DNA from: Eledone cirrhosa
Taxonomy: Eukaryota
NCBI GenBank assembly: GCA_964016885.1
Contig: OZ024742.1
Location: 231,880,001 to 231,944,000 of the forward strand
Reading direction: 5' to 3'
Length of the DNA: 64,000 nt
Part shown: positions 13,204-26,074 of the stretch, piece by piece
Layout of the letters: every line of letters starts with the position of its first letter
Numbering within the stretch: the first letter of the stretch is position 1
Program-made: the position numbers and the translations under genes
Notes under the pieces: model-generated
Databases searched by the model: none
Told to the model about the DNA's origin: nothing
Seen by the model: the letters and a program-made list of their open reading frames with translations, nothing else

Positions 13204-13388
13204 AATTGTTTCTCCTATTGGCACAAGGCAAGCAATTATTCAGTACATTACTGGTACTTTATTTTATCGACCCCGTAAGGATGAAAGGCAAAGTTAACCT
13301 CGGCGGGATTTGAACTCAGAATGACAAGGGCCGTAACTCTATGCGTCAAAGCATGGCGTCCGACCCTCTACCGATACTGCCAATTCAC
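13204..13388 (-). mobile_element. tRNA-derived SINE, near full-length short variant
   Basis: The reverse complement has an A-box-like tggcagtatcgg, a B-box gagttcaaatcc and the conserved body. Confidence 0.9.
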
Positions 13389-13977
13389 CCAAAAACATAT
13401 AATACTGAAACGATGTCATCGGATAGGACCGATATACCTTCGATCGTTTTCCACACAATCAACGATTTAATTAAGCCGGTATCATTAAGATACCAATCAA
13501 AAGGAAAGCAGGGTGAACACTAATACCTAATTTCTGCTACTCCATCTGCTGGCGTGCCCAGAAATTAGGTAATACTATTAAGTATTACATAATTGGCTAA
13601 TAGCAGCTTCATCAGCGAAGAATTAGCTTCTTCGGAACAGGTCAGCTACGAATCCAGTCTTAGTGTGATTCGCCGTTGTCACGTGACAGTGAGGAGGAGG
13701 TAAGCAAGTACTGCCTATTTCAATGAACACGTTGGCACAGTGTTTCAAATTAAAAAAAAGAAAAAATGAATACGGGCCACGAAACACTCGACCATATATA
13801 TATATAGAAATGGCTTCTACATGACTAGAACTGTTAGGAAAGCTTTCCTGATGATTTCTTTCGAATGAATCACTTATAGTGATGTAGAAGCCATTTCTTT
13901 ATTAATTTTTGTATATACTCTCCTAATGTATTGAGTACTTCACTTACTTGTGGTTACCCCAGATTGAACCCAAGACT

Positions 13978-14062
<85 letters not shown>

Positions 14063-14121
14063 GTAAAGTCAATTTTTAAAAATTTATTTTGAAACTTTTT
14101 CATTATTTGCTAAACCTTGAT

Positions 14122-14222
<101 letters not shown>

Positions 14223-14565
14223 GCACACACACACGAATGCGTGTGTGCACGCATACAAATGCAGGCACACATACAAATCGAAAAGATTTATGACCTTGCA
14301 GCGGCAAAGAAGCGGTGTAGCGAGATGAAAAACTTAAATATATAGAGAGAGATAATTGAGGGCTTGTGGTCGTTTGTCTGGATTAATTAGTGGCAATATG
14401 TCTTTGGGGGATGGTAGGCAGTCACTTAGCATGTATGGAAACACCAGTACACACACATACAGAAATGTTCACTAGAATACATACATACACAGACATACAC
14501 ACTCACACGTACACACATAAAACTGCGTACCTAAAGAGAAGTATATACATGTATTTACATGTATG

Positions 14566-14622
<57 letters not shown>

Positions 14623-14678
14623 TGGTTGGCTGGTACCCGAGTTTCATCAATGTTGGTTAATAATTCTACAATCCAACG

Positions 14679-14735
<57 letters not shown>

Positions 14736-15357
14736 GTATGTATATATAAATGAGAGAGATAGAGGGGGAGAGAGATTAAATTGTGCATTAAGTAGCCAAA
14801 GTATATTATATATGCATAGCTGTACAAACAGCTGAAGCTGCGAGAAATATTTATATAAACACAATTTTCATATATCTAAGCATATAAACGTGTTATCTAA
14901 GTATTTCTCTGTGGTTCTAAAAAAGCTGAACAACTTCATTTGAGTTTCGATCTTTGTTGAGACTTCCAGCAGAAACTGTTTACATAATGCATAAAGAAAT
15001 TCGCAACCAAAGGCATTATATACCCTTCAGATATGGCAAAACCAGAAAACTGGATTCACTAATTTGCATAATTATTGTGCTTACTGTGATCGTTAATTCA
15101 ACTGCATATTATGTTGTGCACAAAGGTACTGAAGTATATTATATATTTATACCTTACAATCAGTACAGGTTTTTAACCGAAGCTGCGAAAAATGTGTATG
15201 TAAACGCATGTTTTAAAAATATATTTAACCATGTAAACATGTCATATCTAAGTAGTTCTTCATAGATTGAACAAGACGAACAACTTGACTCAAGTTTTTA
15301 TCTTTGTTGAGATATTCATCAGAGACAATACTGTTCAATCTACGGAAAAATACACAT

Positions 15358-15525
15358 TACAAATTTAGGTGTTAAATAAGAACAATACTCACATATAGAT
15401 TATGTTATATTTAAATGGTCGTACATCCAAATATGCCCATGGATGGTCATATTTGGATGTACGGCCATTTAAATATGACATAATCTATATGTGAGTTTTA
15501 TTCTTATTTAGCACCTAAATTTGTA
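15358..15525. repeat. Fold-back inverted repeat (about 78 bp arms, 12 nt spacer)
   Basis: 15358-15435 versus 15448-15525 reverse complement, with a few mismatches. Confidence 0.9.
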
Positions 15526-15597
15526 GTTAAATCTACATAATTTTTGCTATATATGTATATATGTATTAAATATAGTATTTGATATAGTAGGAAAATA

Positions 15598-15632
15598 GTC
15601 TTAGCGTTTCGGACATTAGTCCTTTATCAGAA
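15598..15632 (-). ncRNA. Degenerate hammerhead remnant (CUGAUAA) at a PLE 3' region
   Basis: CUGAUAA-A-GGAC-UAAU-GUCC-GAAACGCUA, same type as 7222-7255. Confidence 0.5.
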
Positions 15633-15915
15633 GATAGCATGAGAAATTAAAGAAGAAATAGAAAGAGTGTGGAGACGGACAGGGCGGGACGGGGTGGGGT
15701 GAGACAAATAACAGGTCTATTCATGTTGCCATCTCTTGGAAAACAGTTGTGTATGATATACTTTTTAGAAAAGAGGATGATGGAGCGCGTCTATCTGAAA
15801 GGGAAAAAACCCGTTCTGTATATAGAGGTGTACATGTGCGGGTGCGTAGACGTGTGTGAGTGTGTGTATGTGTGTTTGTAATTACGAAGCTGTGAGAAAA
15901 AGTATATGAATATGT

Positions 15916-15980
<65 letters not shown>

Positions 15981-16033
15981 GTATGTATGCATATATATAT
16001 ATGTATATATATATGTATGTATGCATATATATA

Positions 16034-16090
<57 letters not shown>

Positions 16091-16096
<6 letters not shown>

Positions 16097-16912
16097 ATTT
16101 ACATATACACAAACTAGACAAAGTCACAGACACATATGTTTTGGCAACCATTCACAATGTAGCTCAATGATGAATTAATAAATTAAATAATCAGAGCAAT
16201 ATACTATAAAGTATGTCCATAGAATCATTTGATATGCTCTGATTATTTAATTTATTAATTCATCATTGCCACATCGTGAATGGTTGCCAAAACATATATA
16301 TCTGTGACTTTGTCTAGTTTGTGTATATGTAAATCTTTATATTTAATAATCTCCCATAAGGTTGAGATGTAATTTGGGCAATATTGGGCTGCGCTTTCTA
16401 GCAACCAGCCCACTCGCCGTAAGCAACCAATCACATTCTTTCTGACTTGACCACTACCACGTCACAGTTCTTAGCCATTTTGAATTCGTTTCTGGCGGAG
16501 ATCACTTAAGAAAATCCTTTGTCCAAATGAGTGTGTTTCCTGATGACTTCGAAGCTCGAGATTTTATCCTTAATAGGATATTTCCAAAAGCGAACGAAAC
16601 CCTAGGGTAGAAATGTGATCCTGGTATGTGTATGTGCATTTTTTCTTCTAACTTTAATTTTATACCTAATTGTGTATGGTTGACGGTATATTTAATCGAT
16701 TTCCACGTGCTATTGAAATGTTGGGTAAAGTTTCTATGGCGGTTGGTCGCGAAGAGATTGCTGTAGTTTATTTATCTATTATTTCTTCATAGGTGCCTTT
16801 TAATCTTATAGCTTGGTCTAATTGATTTTTTGTGTGGTTAATTATGCTAATTGGAAGAGGAAATGGTGTATATATATTATCAAATGATTCTATGGACATA
16901 CTTTATAGTATA
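16091..16912 (+). mobile_element. PLE pLTR-like module in (TA)n with nested inverted duplications
   Basis: Arms 16091-16198 and 16235-16341 are inverted. The spacer 16199-16234 recurs inverted at about 16878-16912. The module contains an HHR. Confidence 0.65.
16533..16616 (+). ncRNA. Type-I hammerhead ribozyme, intact core motifs
   Basis: GUGUUUC-CUGAUGA-C-UUCG...CGAA-C-GAAA-CCC-UA-GGG-UA/GAAAUGU, with palindromic stem III ACCCUAGGGU. Predicted cleavage after 16609. The 10.1-11.1 pair is C-C. Confidence 0.7.
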
Positions 16913-17002
16913 TATATATATGCATACATATGAGTGATTTATATGCATAAATGAGTGGCGATGGTAGTACCGCCTTTCCTTAAATTTAGAGGAATATATA
17001 TA

Positions 17003-17330
17003 TGATGGCTGCCCCCTCGTTATCGAGTATGGCCATTACACGGTATACCATTATTAATAATTATTAATTAATTCTATCGTGCAATCCCTGTGCGTGAAGA
17101 TATTTTTTAAAGTGAGGAAAGACTCTCTGAGCGACAGTAGCTATAACCCGAAAAGAAGAAAAGATCAACATCATCGGTAATTACTGAGAGCCGCAGGTTT
17201 TATATCGGAGTTATCCCAGTTTCCTGAGTTGCCTTCTCCTAGAAGAATGCCGTGATAAAGGCTAAGGGTCCTTCACTCCCAGTGGTTTAACCGCAGGATC
17301 GGGTGTCCAGCCCGACTATTTCTATGTCCC

Positions 17331-17335
<5 letters not shown>
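17003..17335 (-). mobile_element. RTE-related non-autonomous retroposon, short variant
   Basis: Highly similar to 53021-53372 and related to 440-851 and 1-100. Flanked by TA-rich repeats. Confidence 0.7.
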
Positions 17336-17416
<81 letters not shown>

Positions 17417-17999
17417 TGAAAAATGGCGTGCTGCGTTGTTGCGAATATGAACATATGAATAAAAATAGACAGAGAAACAAGAATGTCCTTCATCAGTAGC
17501 CTGCTGATTATCGTTGGTATTTCTTCGCATTAAAGACTAGATACCTAAAATCAGTGCGAGCGATAACTAACTTAAGTTATCGGGACTGAAGAAAACAGAG
17601 GAAAGGAAACAAACAACATGGTAGTAATGCAACGTAAAGAGAGGAAAAGAGAGACAAGTCAATGAATCTTGTGGGCTTAAGTCCGACAAATCAAATGACG
17701 AGAAGAAACAGACGCGTCCGAGCCACGTGAAAAGTGAGAGAGGAAAGAAATTCACGCAAGTCAGATGGGAGGAAGTGAGAGAGGAGTAGCAGAGAGTGAG
17801 TGAGTGAAAGTGTGAGGATGGGGCCAGCCGAGAGTGAGTGACCAGCAGCGGGAGTGGAGGAAAGCAAGAGGTGAAGGAGAGAGAAAGAGGATAGCAGTAA
17901 GGTTCATATATATACATATATATATATACATATATAATGCATATGCATATGTATAGGGCGGTGTCTCAGCATGGCACACACACACACGTATACAAATAT

Positions 18000-18367
18000 T
18001 CTCTTCCTTGCCATGTTCTCCTAATGTGCCTTGCATGTCCTTATCGATCTCATCTGGGGTCATCTCTTTCAACTGCAGATACTTGATCACTGCTCATACT
18101 TGATACTTGATCATCTCTTTCAACTGCAGGTACTTGATCACTTGGTCGTTTTATGGAAAATGGAGATACTCGAGTATCTCCATTTCCATAAAACGCCGAT
18201 GTATTTAAGATTGAAGATTTTGTTGCGAAAAGAAGTGAAAATTGTCTTTAGACCATGAAACCTGGCTAGCACTGTAAGAACATGTTGCAGATTTCACAGA
18301 CAAAATTTCATTTACATATCTATTTATCTTCTGTGTGAGGCTCAAAACTTTTCAGTTACTCTTCGTA
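18000..18367 (-). mobile_element. Mariner transposon 5' end remnant
   Basis: Minus-strand end ta-cgaagagtaactgaaaagttttgagcct (mariner-type TIR with TA), followed by IKYLQLKEMTPDEIDKDMQGTLGE, which resembles the N-terminal HTH of a mariner transposase. Confidence 0.7.
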
Positions 18368-19610
18368 TATAAATAAGTTACATCAAATTATTCAATTGAT
18401 TTACGAACGTTTCATATTCTTTTCTGCTGTATTGCGTTTTCGAGCTTGAGATATTCGGACATGTGTTTGGTAAATATCTATGTTATTTACGTTGTTTAAT
18501 AGATTACGAAGAGATCAATACAGCAAGGCTTCCTTAATTCTTAAATTGCTCAGATTTCTATCTCTAGCTTCAATACGTAGACTCAACTCATACGTAGACT
18601 CAACTCGCAAATAAATAATAAAAAGACACACACACGCGCACCCAAACTAAACAACATTTCATACAAAAAAGAAAATTGATTTCGTGAAATACTACATTGG
18701 CAATTGACGTCATTCTCGTGACTAGCGAAATAACCATAAAAAAACGCTTGAAAATGACTCAAGAAATTTAAATCAAAATTTAATCCCAAAGAGAGGAAAC
18801 CGGAACATTATCCTCTGAAAGTTCTTTAAACCCTGAAGAAGGGACTTTTTGGTCCCAAAATATTCGACAGAAGAAAGAATAACAACAACAAAAAACAAAA
18901 CAAAGATTACCAGGTAACTTACTTTTTCGTTACCTCATCTTACAGTCCATTTTGACTTGTTTAGCCTTCTATCTCTATCCACGTTATATATTATACAATG
19001 CTTCAAGCAAACTACAATATTTTATTATATATATAATAGTTTAGATGTATTGATAATACAACCATATAAAGGCAAAGAATAATTCAAACCTCTAATGGGA
19101 TTTTATAGTCCACAGCAAGATAAGTAAAAGTCAGTTCAGAGTTTAATCCAATCAGTAAATTTCCAGTCGCAATAGTTTTACAACATCACAGACCATATTT
19201 ATAAATGAATAAAAATAACTAAGATTAAATTACATTAAACTATTTAGTTGATTTACGATCATTTCGATCAATACAACATGGATATTCATTTCTGCTGTAT
19301 CGATCTCTTCCTAATCTATTAAACAGCGTAAATAACATAAATATTTACCAAACACATGTCCTAATATCTCAAGCCCGAAAACGCAATACAGCAGAAAAGA
19401 ATATTCCTGTTGTATTGATTGAAACGTTCGTAAATCAATTGAATAATTTCACTTATTTATATACGAAGAGTGACTGAAAAGTTTTGAGCCTCACACAGAA
19501 AATAAATAGATATGTAAATGAAATTTTGTCTGTGAAATCTGCAACATGTTCTTACAGTGCTAGCCAGGTTTCATGTTCTAAATAATTTTTCACTTCTTTT
19601 CGCAACAAAA
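18219..19610. repeat. Inverted duplication, arms about 18219-18525 and 19292-19610
   Basis: About 310 bp reverse-complement match with small indels. Confidence 0.9.
19250..19316 (-). ncRNA. Hammerhead remnant with mutated core
   Basis: GAUU-AGGAAGA-GAUCGAUACAGCA...UGUUGUAUUGAUC-GAAAUGAUCGUA/AAUC, with a 13-bp stem II and near-palindromic stem III. Confidence 0.55.
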
Positions 19611-20033
19611 GGTTTCAACGTTTCGGACATAAGTTCGGATAGGGAAAGAACAGGAACTCCGAGAGGGAATAAGGAGGGTTTTAAGGAGGGAAGTTACAAA
19701 GTAAAGAATATAATATAATGATATATATTAAAATAGAAAGAGTAGGGGCATAGGTCCAGGGAAGAGGGTAGGGGATGGCATGGGTGTGAGGGTTGATGGG
19801 GAGAAAAGGGAGAAGGAGAGAGAGGGTAGAGGGTGATGCTAAATACTCAGAGTCTAGGAGGAGACGGTGGAAAGTAAAGTGTGTGTGTGTATGTGTAGAT
19901 GTGAGTGTGTGTGTGGATGTAAGTGTATGTCTGAAAAGAAGCGAGTGTGTGTGAACGTTTGTTAAAAGTGAGTACAGACGCGTGAGTGGTATGTATATGA
20001 GTGTTATGGGTGTTATGTGTATTGGTGTGTGTC

Positions 20034-20068
<35 letters not shown>

Positions 20069-20302
20069 GCGAAGGCTTCAAGAATAGCATCTTTGTCCGT
20101 TCCCTTGTCGTTTTAACTTGGATTGCCTCGAGAACGTAACCTTATTATGTAAGAAGCTGTCTGATGAGATCATGGCACTGGATACGTGGAATCGCGTAGC
20201 CACTGTCATCATTGACCTTAACATCTGAAACTACTTCGCATTTTCTTATTCATTGGTAAGATGAGTTAAGCTCATTGAATCGGCCGTAGATGTATAGATA
20301 AA

Positions 20303-20482
20303 TAATTGTTTCTACTTTTGGCACAAGGCCAGCAATTACCCCAGTGCATTACTGGTACTTTATTTTATCGAACCCCGTAAGGATGAAAGGCAAAGTTAAC
20401 CTCGGCGGGATTTGAACTCAGAATGGCAAGGGCCGTAACTATGCGTCAAAGCACGGCGTCCGACCCTCTATCGATACTGCCA
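20303..20482 (-). mobile_element. tRNA-derived SINE, short variant
   Basis: Near-identical reverse complement of 62097-62275. Confidence 0.9.
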
Positions 20483-20586
20483 TAATCCTTGGTCTTATTG
20501 ACTTTTGAAGTGTGTGTATATATATATACACACACACACATATATATATACTGTATATATATACATACACACACACACATATATAT

Positions 20587-21612
20587 ATATCTATATCCAA
20601 AATTAAGATAATCAAAATTATGGGTGTCATGCCAGAATGACATGCGCCATATCACCCGCAAAATAAGCTCTAAGATTCTAACGAATAGGTCCGAGCATTT
20701 TATAATAACTAGAAATTGATTAACATATAAATAAACATGAATAATCACAGGAGATAATTTTTACAAGTGTGTAAGCACACATAGCTCGGTAGGTAACTAA
20801 ATAAAGTTAACCAGAACTTCAAAAATAGATACCTTATAATATGATTAATCTTCCATGTATATATTCCATTAAAGAAATATATTTCACCAATTAATCGAAT
20901 TGTAAACCATGGCGGCCGATACTTGGATTTTCAATAAGGAAGAAGTCCAGCGATCTAGGTTTACACTTCAAGTTACCTACCGAGCTATGTGTGCTTACAC
21001 ACTTGTAAAAATTATCTCCTGTGATTATTCATGTTTATTTATATGTTAATCAATTTCTAGTTATTATAAAATGCTCGGACCTATTCGTTAGAATCTTAGA
21101 GCTTATTTTGCGGGTGATATGGCGCATGTCATTCTGGCATGACACGCATAATTTTGATTATCTTAATTTTGGATATAGATATATAAATACGGCTCCTTAA
21201 TTGTAGAGCTAACTCTGTTGAAAGGATTTGACTGCTCTTTCTAGTTGTCGATAACCCTATTCACGCCACTGTGACTAAGCTGGTATGATGTGTGTATTTC
21301 TAGTAGATACAGCACGTGTTGCTGGCCAGTCGCTGATTTGAACTTGAAGTGTAAACCTAGATCGCTGGACTTCTTCCTTGTTGAAAATCCAACTACCGGC
21401 CTCCATGGTTTACCATTCGATTAATTGGTGAAATATATTTCTTTAATGGAATATATACATGGAAGATTAATCATTTTATAAGGTATCTATTTTTGAAGTT
21501 CTGGTTAACTTTATTTAGTTACCTACCTAGCTATGTGTGCTTACACACTTGTAAAAATTATCTCCTGTGATTATTCATGTTTATTTATATGTTAATCAAT
21601 TTCTAGTTATTA
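20587..21612. repeat. Overlapping inverted and tandem duplications (PLE pLTR-like)
   Basis: 20587-20798 is the reverse complement of 20971-21182, and 20700-20973 is the reverse complement of 21340-21612. A ~95 bp block is present three times. Confidence 0.9.
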
Positions 21613-21620
21613 TATATATA

Positions 21621-22360
21621 TGTAACGGAATATTTGTGTGGTTGTAACGATGAGTGGATGGATGTAACTGTTGGTATGGTGGTTTCGGTGTAAAGAAAAA
21701 TACCAGGATTGTGTTGTTACAATGTTTATTTTATTATAACAATATTCAATTTGAATATTGAATGATAAAATCAATAACACGAAATATTCGTACAATAATT
21801 TGGTGGCTCTTCGAGCCACGTAAATACAAGTATCACAGAATAAGATTATAATATAATGTGTACTGCATCCGAAAGATACAACGTGAATAAACAGAAATGG
21901 TGCGTGTGAAGATGCAAACAGTGTGAACTTACTATGAATGCATGTTTGCGTATCAGTATATTTGCTTGTTTTAGTAGGAGTCAGCGATCAGCCAGGCAGG
22001 TGAGAATAAGTGACAGACTGGTATTTCGTGACGAGAGCTTGTAAATGCCACTTGTCTTGTCTGTATATCACTTCTTTTCTCTCGGGGCGTAAACAACCCC
22101 TGTATTTATAAGGGTTGAAGTTAGAAGGATAGATATATCCTCTGAACTTTGGTTAGTCTCCCAAGGGATTAGTTTGCCAAGCGTAAACAAGTCAGAAAGA
22201 TGGATATATCCTCTGACCTATTTTCTGTCAGGCGCAAACACCTCTGACCTGTGTTTAGCCTCTCCCAAGGGGTTAGTCTCTTGAGCGTAAACAACTTACC
22301 ACGGCTTGTCCCAGAGGCGGGAAAGCTCAGATTCGGTTTCGAATCTTCGCCGCCGTTATA
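21621..22360. mobile_element. Putative solo LTR (about 740 bp) in (TA)n
   Basis: Begins tgtaacgg and ends ccgttata (short inverted termini, TG...CA-like). It has internal short repeats, TA flanks and no ORF. Confidence 0.45.
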
Positions 22361-22421
22361 TATATATATAAATATATATTTATATATTTCATAATTAAAA
22401 TAAAATTGGAGATATTTGATG

Positions 22422-22500
<79 letters not shown>

Positions 22501-22501
22501 C

Positions 22502-22545
<44 letters not shown>

Positions 22546-22548
<3 letters not shown>

Positions 22549-24205
22549 TGCTAATGAATGCTACTGGTAACATGTAGCCCAGTACAACCTGTCACATGGT
22601 CGAGTCGTCGGCGACTAAACCGGCAACCCCACCAAGCTTGCTTGGTGAAGGGGAAAATTTTTGGACACATTGCAGGGTAAAAAATAAAACCCGTCAAAGA
22701 GTGGAAGAACTCTTGACAGTCAACGGCTATCCCCAATACTTGAATTGTGTTGTTCGTTGTTCGCTGGTTCGTGTCAAACTTTTGTATCAGTCTAACATAA
22801 GCCTTCACCACTGTAAACAATCCATTTGTGTGGGTAGCTCAACAGCTCTACCAGTTCTGTCCATTTGATATCCCAACATTAACACAAAACCCACTGAAGA
22901 AACTGCAAAGACATCAGGGACATGTAAAGGGTAATACAGGAAGTACTTAGCTGGAGCACTACACAGTGGTGACCATCAGGTGATGGTCGTTCATGTACAC
23001 AATATGAACAATTTGTGCTGTTAGTGTCCTCCGATAGTGACAAAGCAGGCCTTTTTAGACATAGCATTGCTTTCCCTACACAGAGAGTTAAAAGGAACTC
23101 TAAACAAATGCTGACTCAATTTTTTAACTTGACAGTAAACCTTGTCTGGTTATCTAGATATGCTGTCGAAAGAAAACAAAGAACACAGTATTTCAAGTCT
23201 GGTGCGAAGATCAGCCTTCACATGTAATGCACTCAACAGATATAGCATCGATAAGTGAAACCCGACTTCCTGACACGTCCCAAATGGAAGATACAGGAGA
23301 AGGGTACACAGTCATCTGGTTGGGAAGAAGTGAAGAGGATCACTGTCAGTCTGGTGTTGGTTTTATCATTTGAGCTGACATTGCTAAATCCCTCACTTGA
23401 TTCTTTCTTTGGATCTAGCAAACAACACCTCTGTTACACTAGTGAGTTGTTATGCTCCAACTTTGAGCAGGATATTGTAACATTCTATGATCTGCTTCAC
23501 ACACTGGTCTCCACTGTTCTATACAAGAACAAGCTCATCATAATGGGAGATTTCAATTCTAGAGTTAGAAATGATCATCAAACATGGAGTGACATTCTTG
23601 GGTTTAATGGAGTCGGAGCTATGAACCCTAATGGGTTTAGGCTGTTTTCACTCTGAAAGAAATTTTATCTCAGCGTCACTCATGGATTTTTTTCAATAAC
23701 CAGCAAATCATAAGACAACATGGATGCTTCCTAGATCCAAATATTGGTACATGATTAACTATGTCATCACACACAGTCGTGATCTAAAACATTTCTTGCT
23801 ATCTCTCGGACCATGAACTGTTGTGCAGTAAGGTTTCATTCAATCTTCCCCAAAAAGGGCATCTTCAAAAGCTACCTATCTCAACCATGGCTGATGTGGG
23901 TGCTTTGAGATCCACTAATGGGAGGCTGGAACTTTCTGCAAATTTTGACTCATTCCTCGACTTTGTCCAGATTTCTGATGACATTGCGGCTTCCTGGAAA
24001 ACGCTCAAAGATGCTACCTATGCAGCCTCCATAGAAATTTTAGGATTTCCTATGAGAAAACATCATGGCTGGTTTGATGAAAGCAACTCAGATGTCCAGA
24101 ATCTTAACAAGATACATAACCTACACATGTTTGGATTGGATATAAAAACTCAACAACTAAAAAGAAAACCTATAAAGATTGTAAGCAGCTGGCACAAGTA
24201 TAATT
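22546..24205 (+). mobile_element. RTE-clade LINE 5' part (5' UTR and degenerate APE endonuclease)
   Basis: KLIIMGDFNSRV...W..ILGFNGVGAMNPNG.RL, TTWM.PRSK.W.MI.YVI and ILGFP.RKHHGWFDE, with stops and frameshifts. Confidence 0.85.
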
Positions 24206-24230
24206 TTGTCTATTATTTCCTAATATTTTG

Positions 24231-24268
<38 letters not shown>

Positions 24269-24269
<1 letters not shown>

Positions 24270-24475
24270 CGAAGGAAGTATGGTAAGGAACCAGATGGAC
24301 CATAACGCACCAGAGTACTCAATACTTAGAGTAGTAGAGTGGGTAATAGGAAAATGTTTAACCCCAGCGGCAGAGCTCAAGCCGTTTCGACGGCTATTTC
24401 TGGACTAAATTAAAATTTTAGTCCAGAAATAGCCGTCGAAACGGCTTGAGCTCTGCCGTCGAGGTTAAACATTTT

Positions 24476-24480
<5 letters not shown>
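24269..24480. mobile_element. About 210 bp (TA)n-embedded element with a long hairpin
   Basis: Hairpin arms 24346-24409 and 24417-24480. An inverted homologue lies at 54946-55149. Confidence 0.75.
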
Positions 24481-24545
<65 letters not shown>

Positions 24546-24649
24546 CAATATCGGAGAAAGCTTTTTAGCGATACTCCGGCCAAATTCCAACTCACTGAAC
24601 AAACATTAGGAAATAAGTGATTATATATATATATTTATATATATAATAA

Positions 24650-25592
24650 TACTAATACTATTTATAGTTATGTATATAGTATAAACAACTATAAACAGGA
24701 AGGTCTGTAATTTCTTACTACCTTATTACCAGTAAGAGAAATAGCTCAATGTATGAACATCAGTTGTTTTACAGAGCAGGAAAATAAATAAATTATACAA
24801 TTATCAAAGTTGTGTTCAAATCATTTAATAGCTGACAATCGTTTCCTCCAAACTCTCGTTTGGAATCATCGGAGCATTATCAATTTTTGCACATATAATT
24901 AACCTCCTATTCAACTGAACAATAATATAGATACATAAAAATTGATGTAGTGAGCAACAGTTTCGTATTTACAGGGTGGAATGAATGTGACATATTTTAC
25001 GAGAATTGTACAATAATTGTACAAACATTCAAGTTCAAATTCAAATTCAAATTAAATTAAAATCAAAAGCATGGAGTGGAATACATGCAACAGATAAAAC
25101 AAGAGAATAGTCCAATCATTAATGAGGCATTGAGAAAGTTGTTTTGAGAAAGGAAGATTACATTAACAATTCATATGCAGGCGTGTGGAGAGTGCAACTG
25201 CATTAGTCATATACATGAGAAGGAGACAAGCAAAGCTATTATGCATATATAGATGAATAAATACTGCAAATATGTTAATGTATTAGGATCTATGATGGAT
25301 GCTGTATGCTGAAAGTGTTCGAATTTGTGTGTGTTGAGAAACACAGTTTTTGCAGACTTTTCCATGACATATATTGAATTAAATTTTAGTTAATGTTTAT
25401 ATTGAATGTTTTAAGTTAGTTAGAGCAATGGATTGTAAATTAGGCTTAATGTATTCATATTCATAGACTATAGTTGATCAACCGTTAAATTTTCCAATCG
25501 TTAATTTCCGGAAAATTTAACGTTTGATCAAATATAGTCTATGAATATGAATACATTAAGATTAATTTACAATCCATGTCATGGAAAAGTAT
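24650..25592 (-). mobile_element. PLE pLTR-like module with HHR fold (24830-24875) and terminal fold-back (25428-25577)
   Basis: GCU-CCGAUGA-UUCCAAAC-GAGA-GUUUGGAG-GAAACGAUUGUC/AGC. Homologous to 50735-51585. Confidence 0.65.
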
Positions 25593-25925
25593 AATATATA
25601 TATATATATATGCATGCATGTATGCACGAGTGTGTGTGTGTGAGTGTAGATGCTTGCATACTTGACTTCCTATCCACTCTTAAGACAAACTCTCTCTAAC
25701 AATGCTAGATAAACGGCCACCATACTCTCAATTATCTAAGTCAATATTTGTAAATCGTTTCGTTCTCATACGCTCCTAGTGCACCAGTGCGCTTTGTAGA
25801 ACACTCAAACATCGTTAGGCGCACATATGAGTCATTACATATGGGTGTGCGCGTGGCTATGTGTTTGCCTTATATAGGTACATGTGTGGTTATGTGTTGG
25901 TTTGTATACCGGCACACACATATTT

Positions 25926-26039
<114 letters not shown>

Positions 26040-26074
26040 TGAAATTCCGTTATAACGAAATTCAGCCTTCCGCG

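Noticed and set aside
13515-13625. Minus-strand CUGAUGA...GAAA hammerhead candidate
   Set aside because: No stem I pairing could be drawn.
13807-13897. 16-bp inverted repeat enclosing ctgatga
   Set aside because: No GAAA or stem III in the right register, so it is left unassigned.
20158-20205. ctgatgag...gaatcgcgta hammerhead remnant
   Set aside because: GAAA and stem II are too degraded to call.
22546-22630. Twister-like motif (UAA...CUGGU...AGCCCAG) in the RTE 5' UTR
   Set aside because: The P2 stem and the 3' GAG/T1 strand are missing, and an HDV-like fit also failed.
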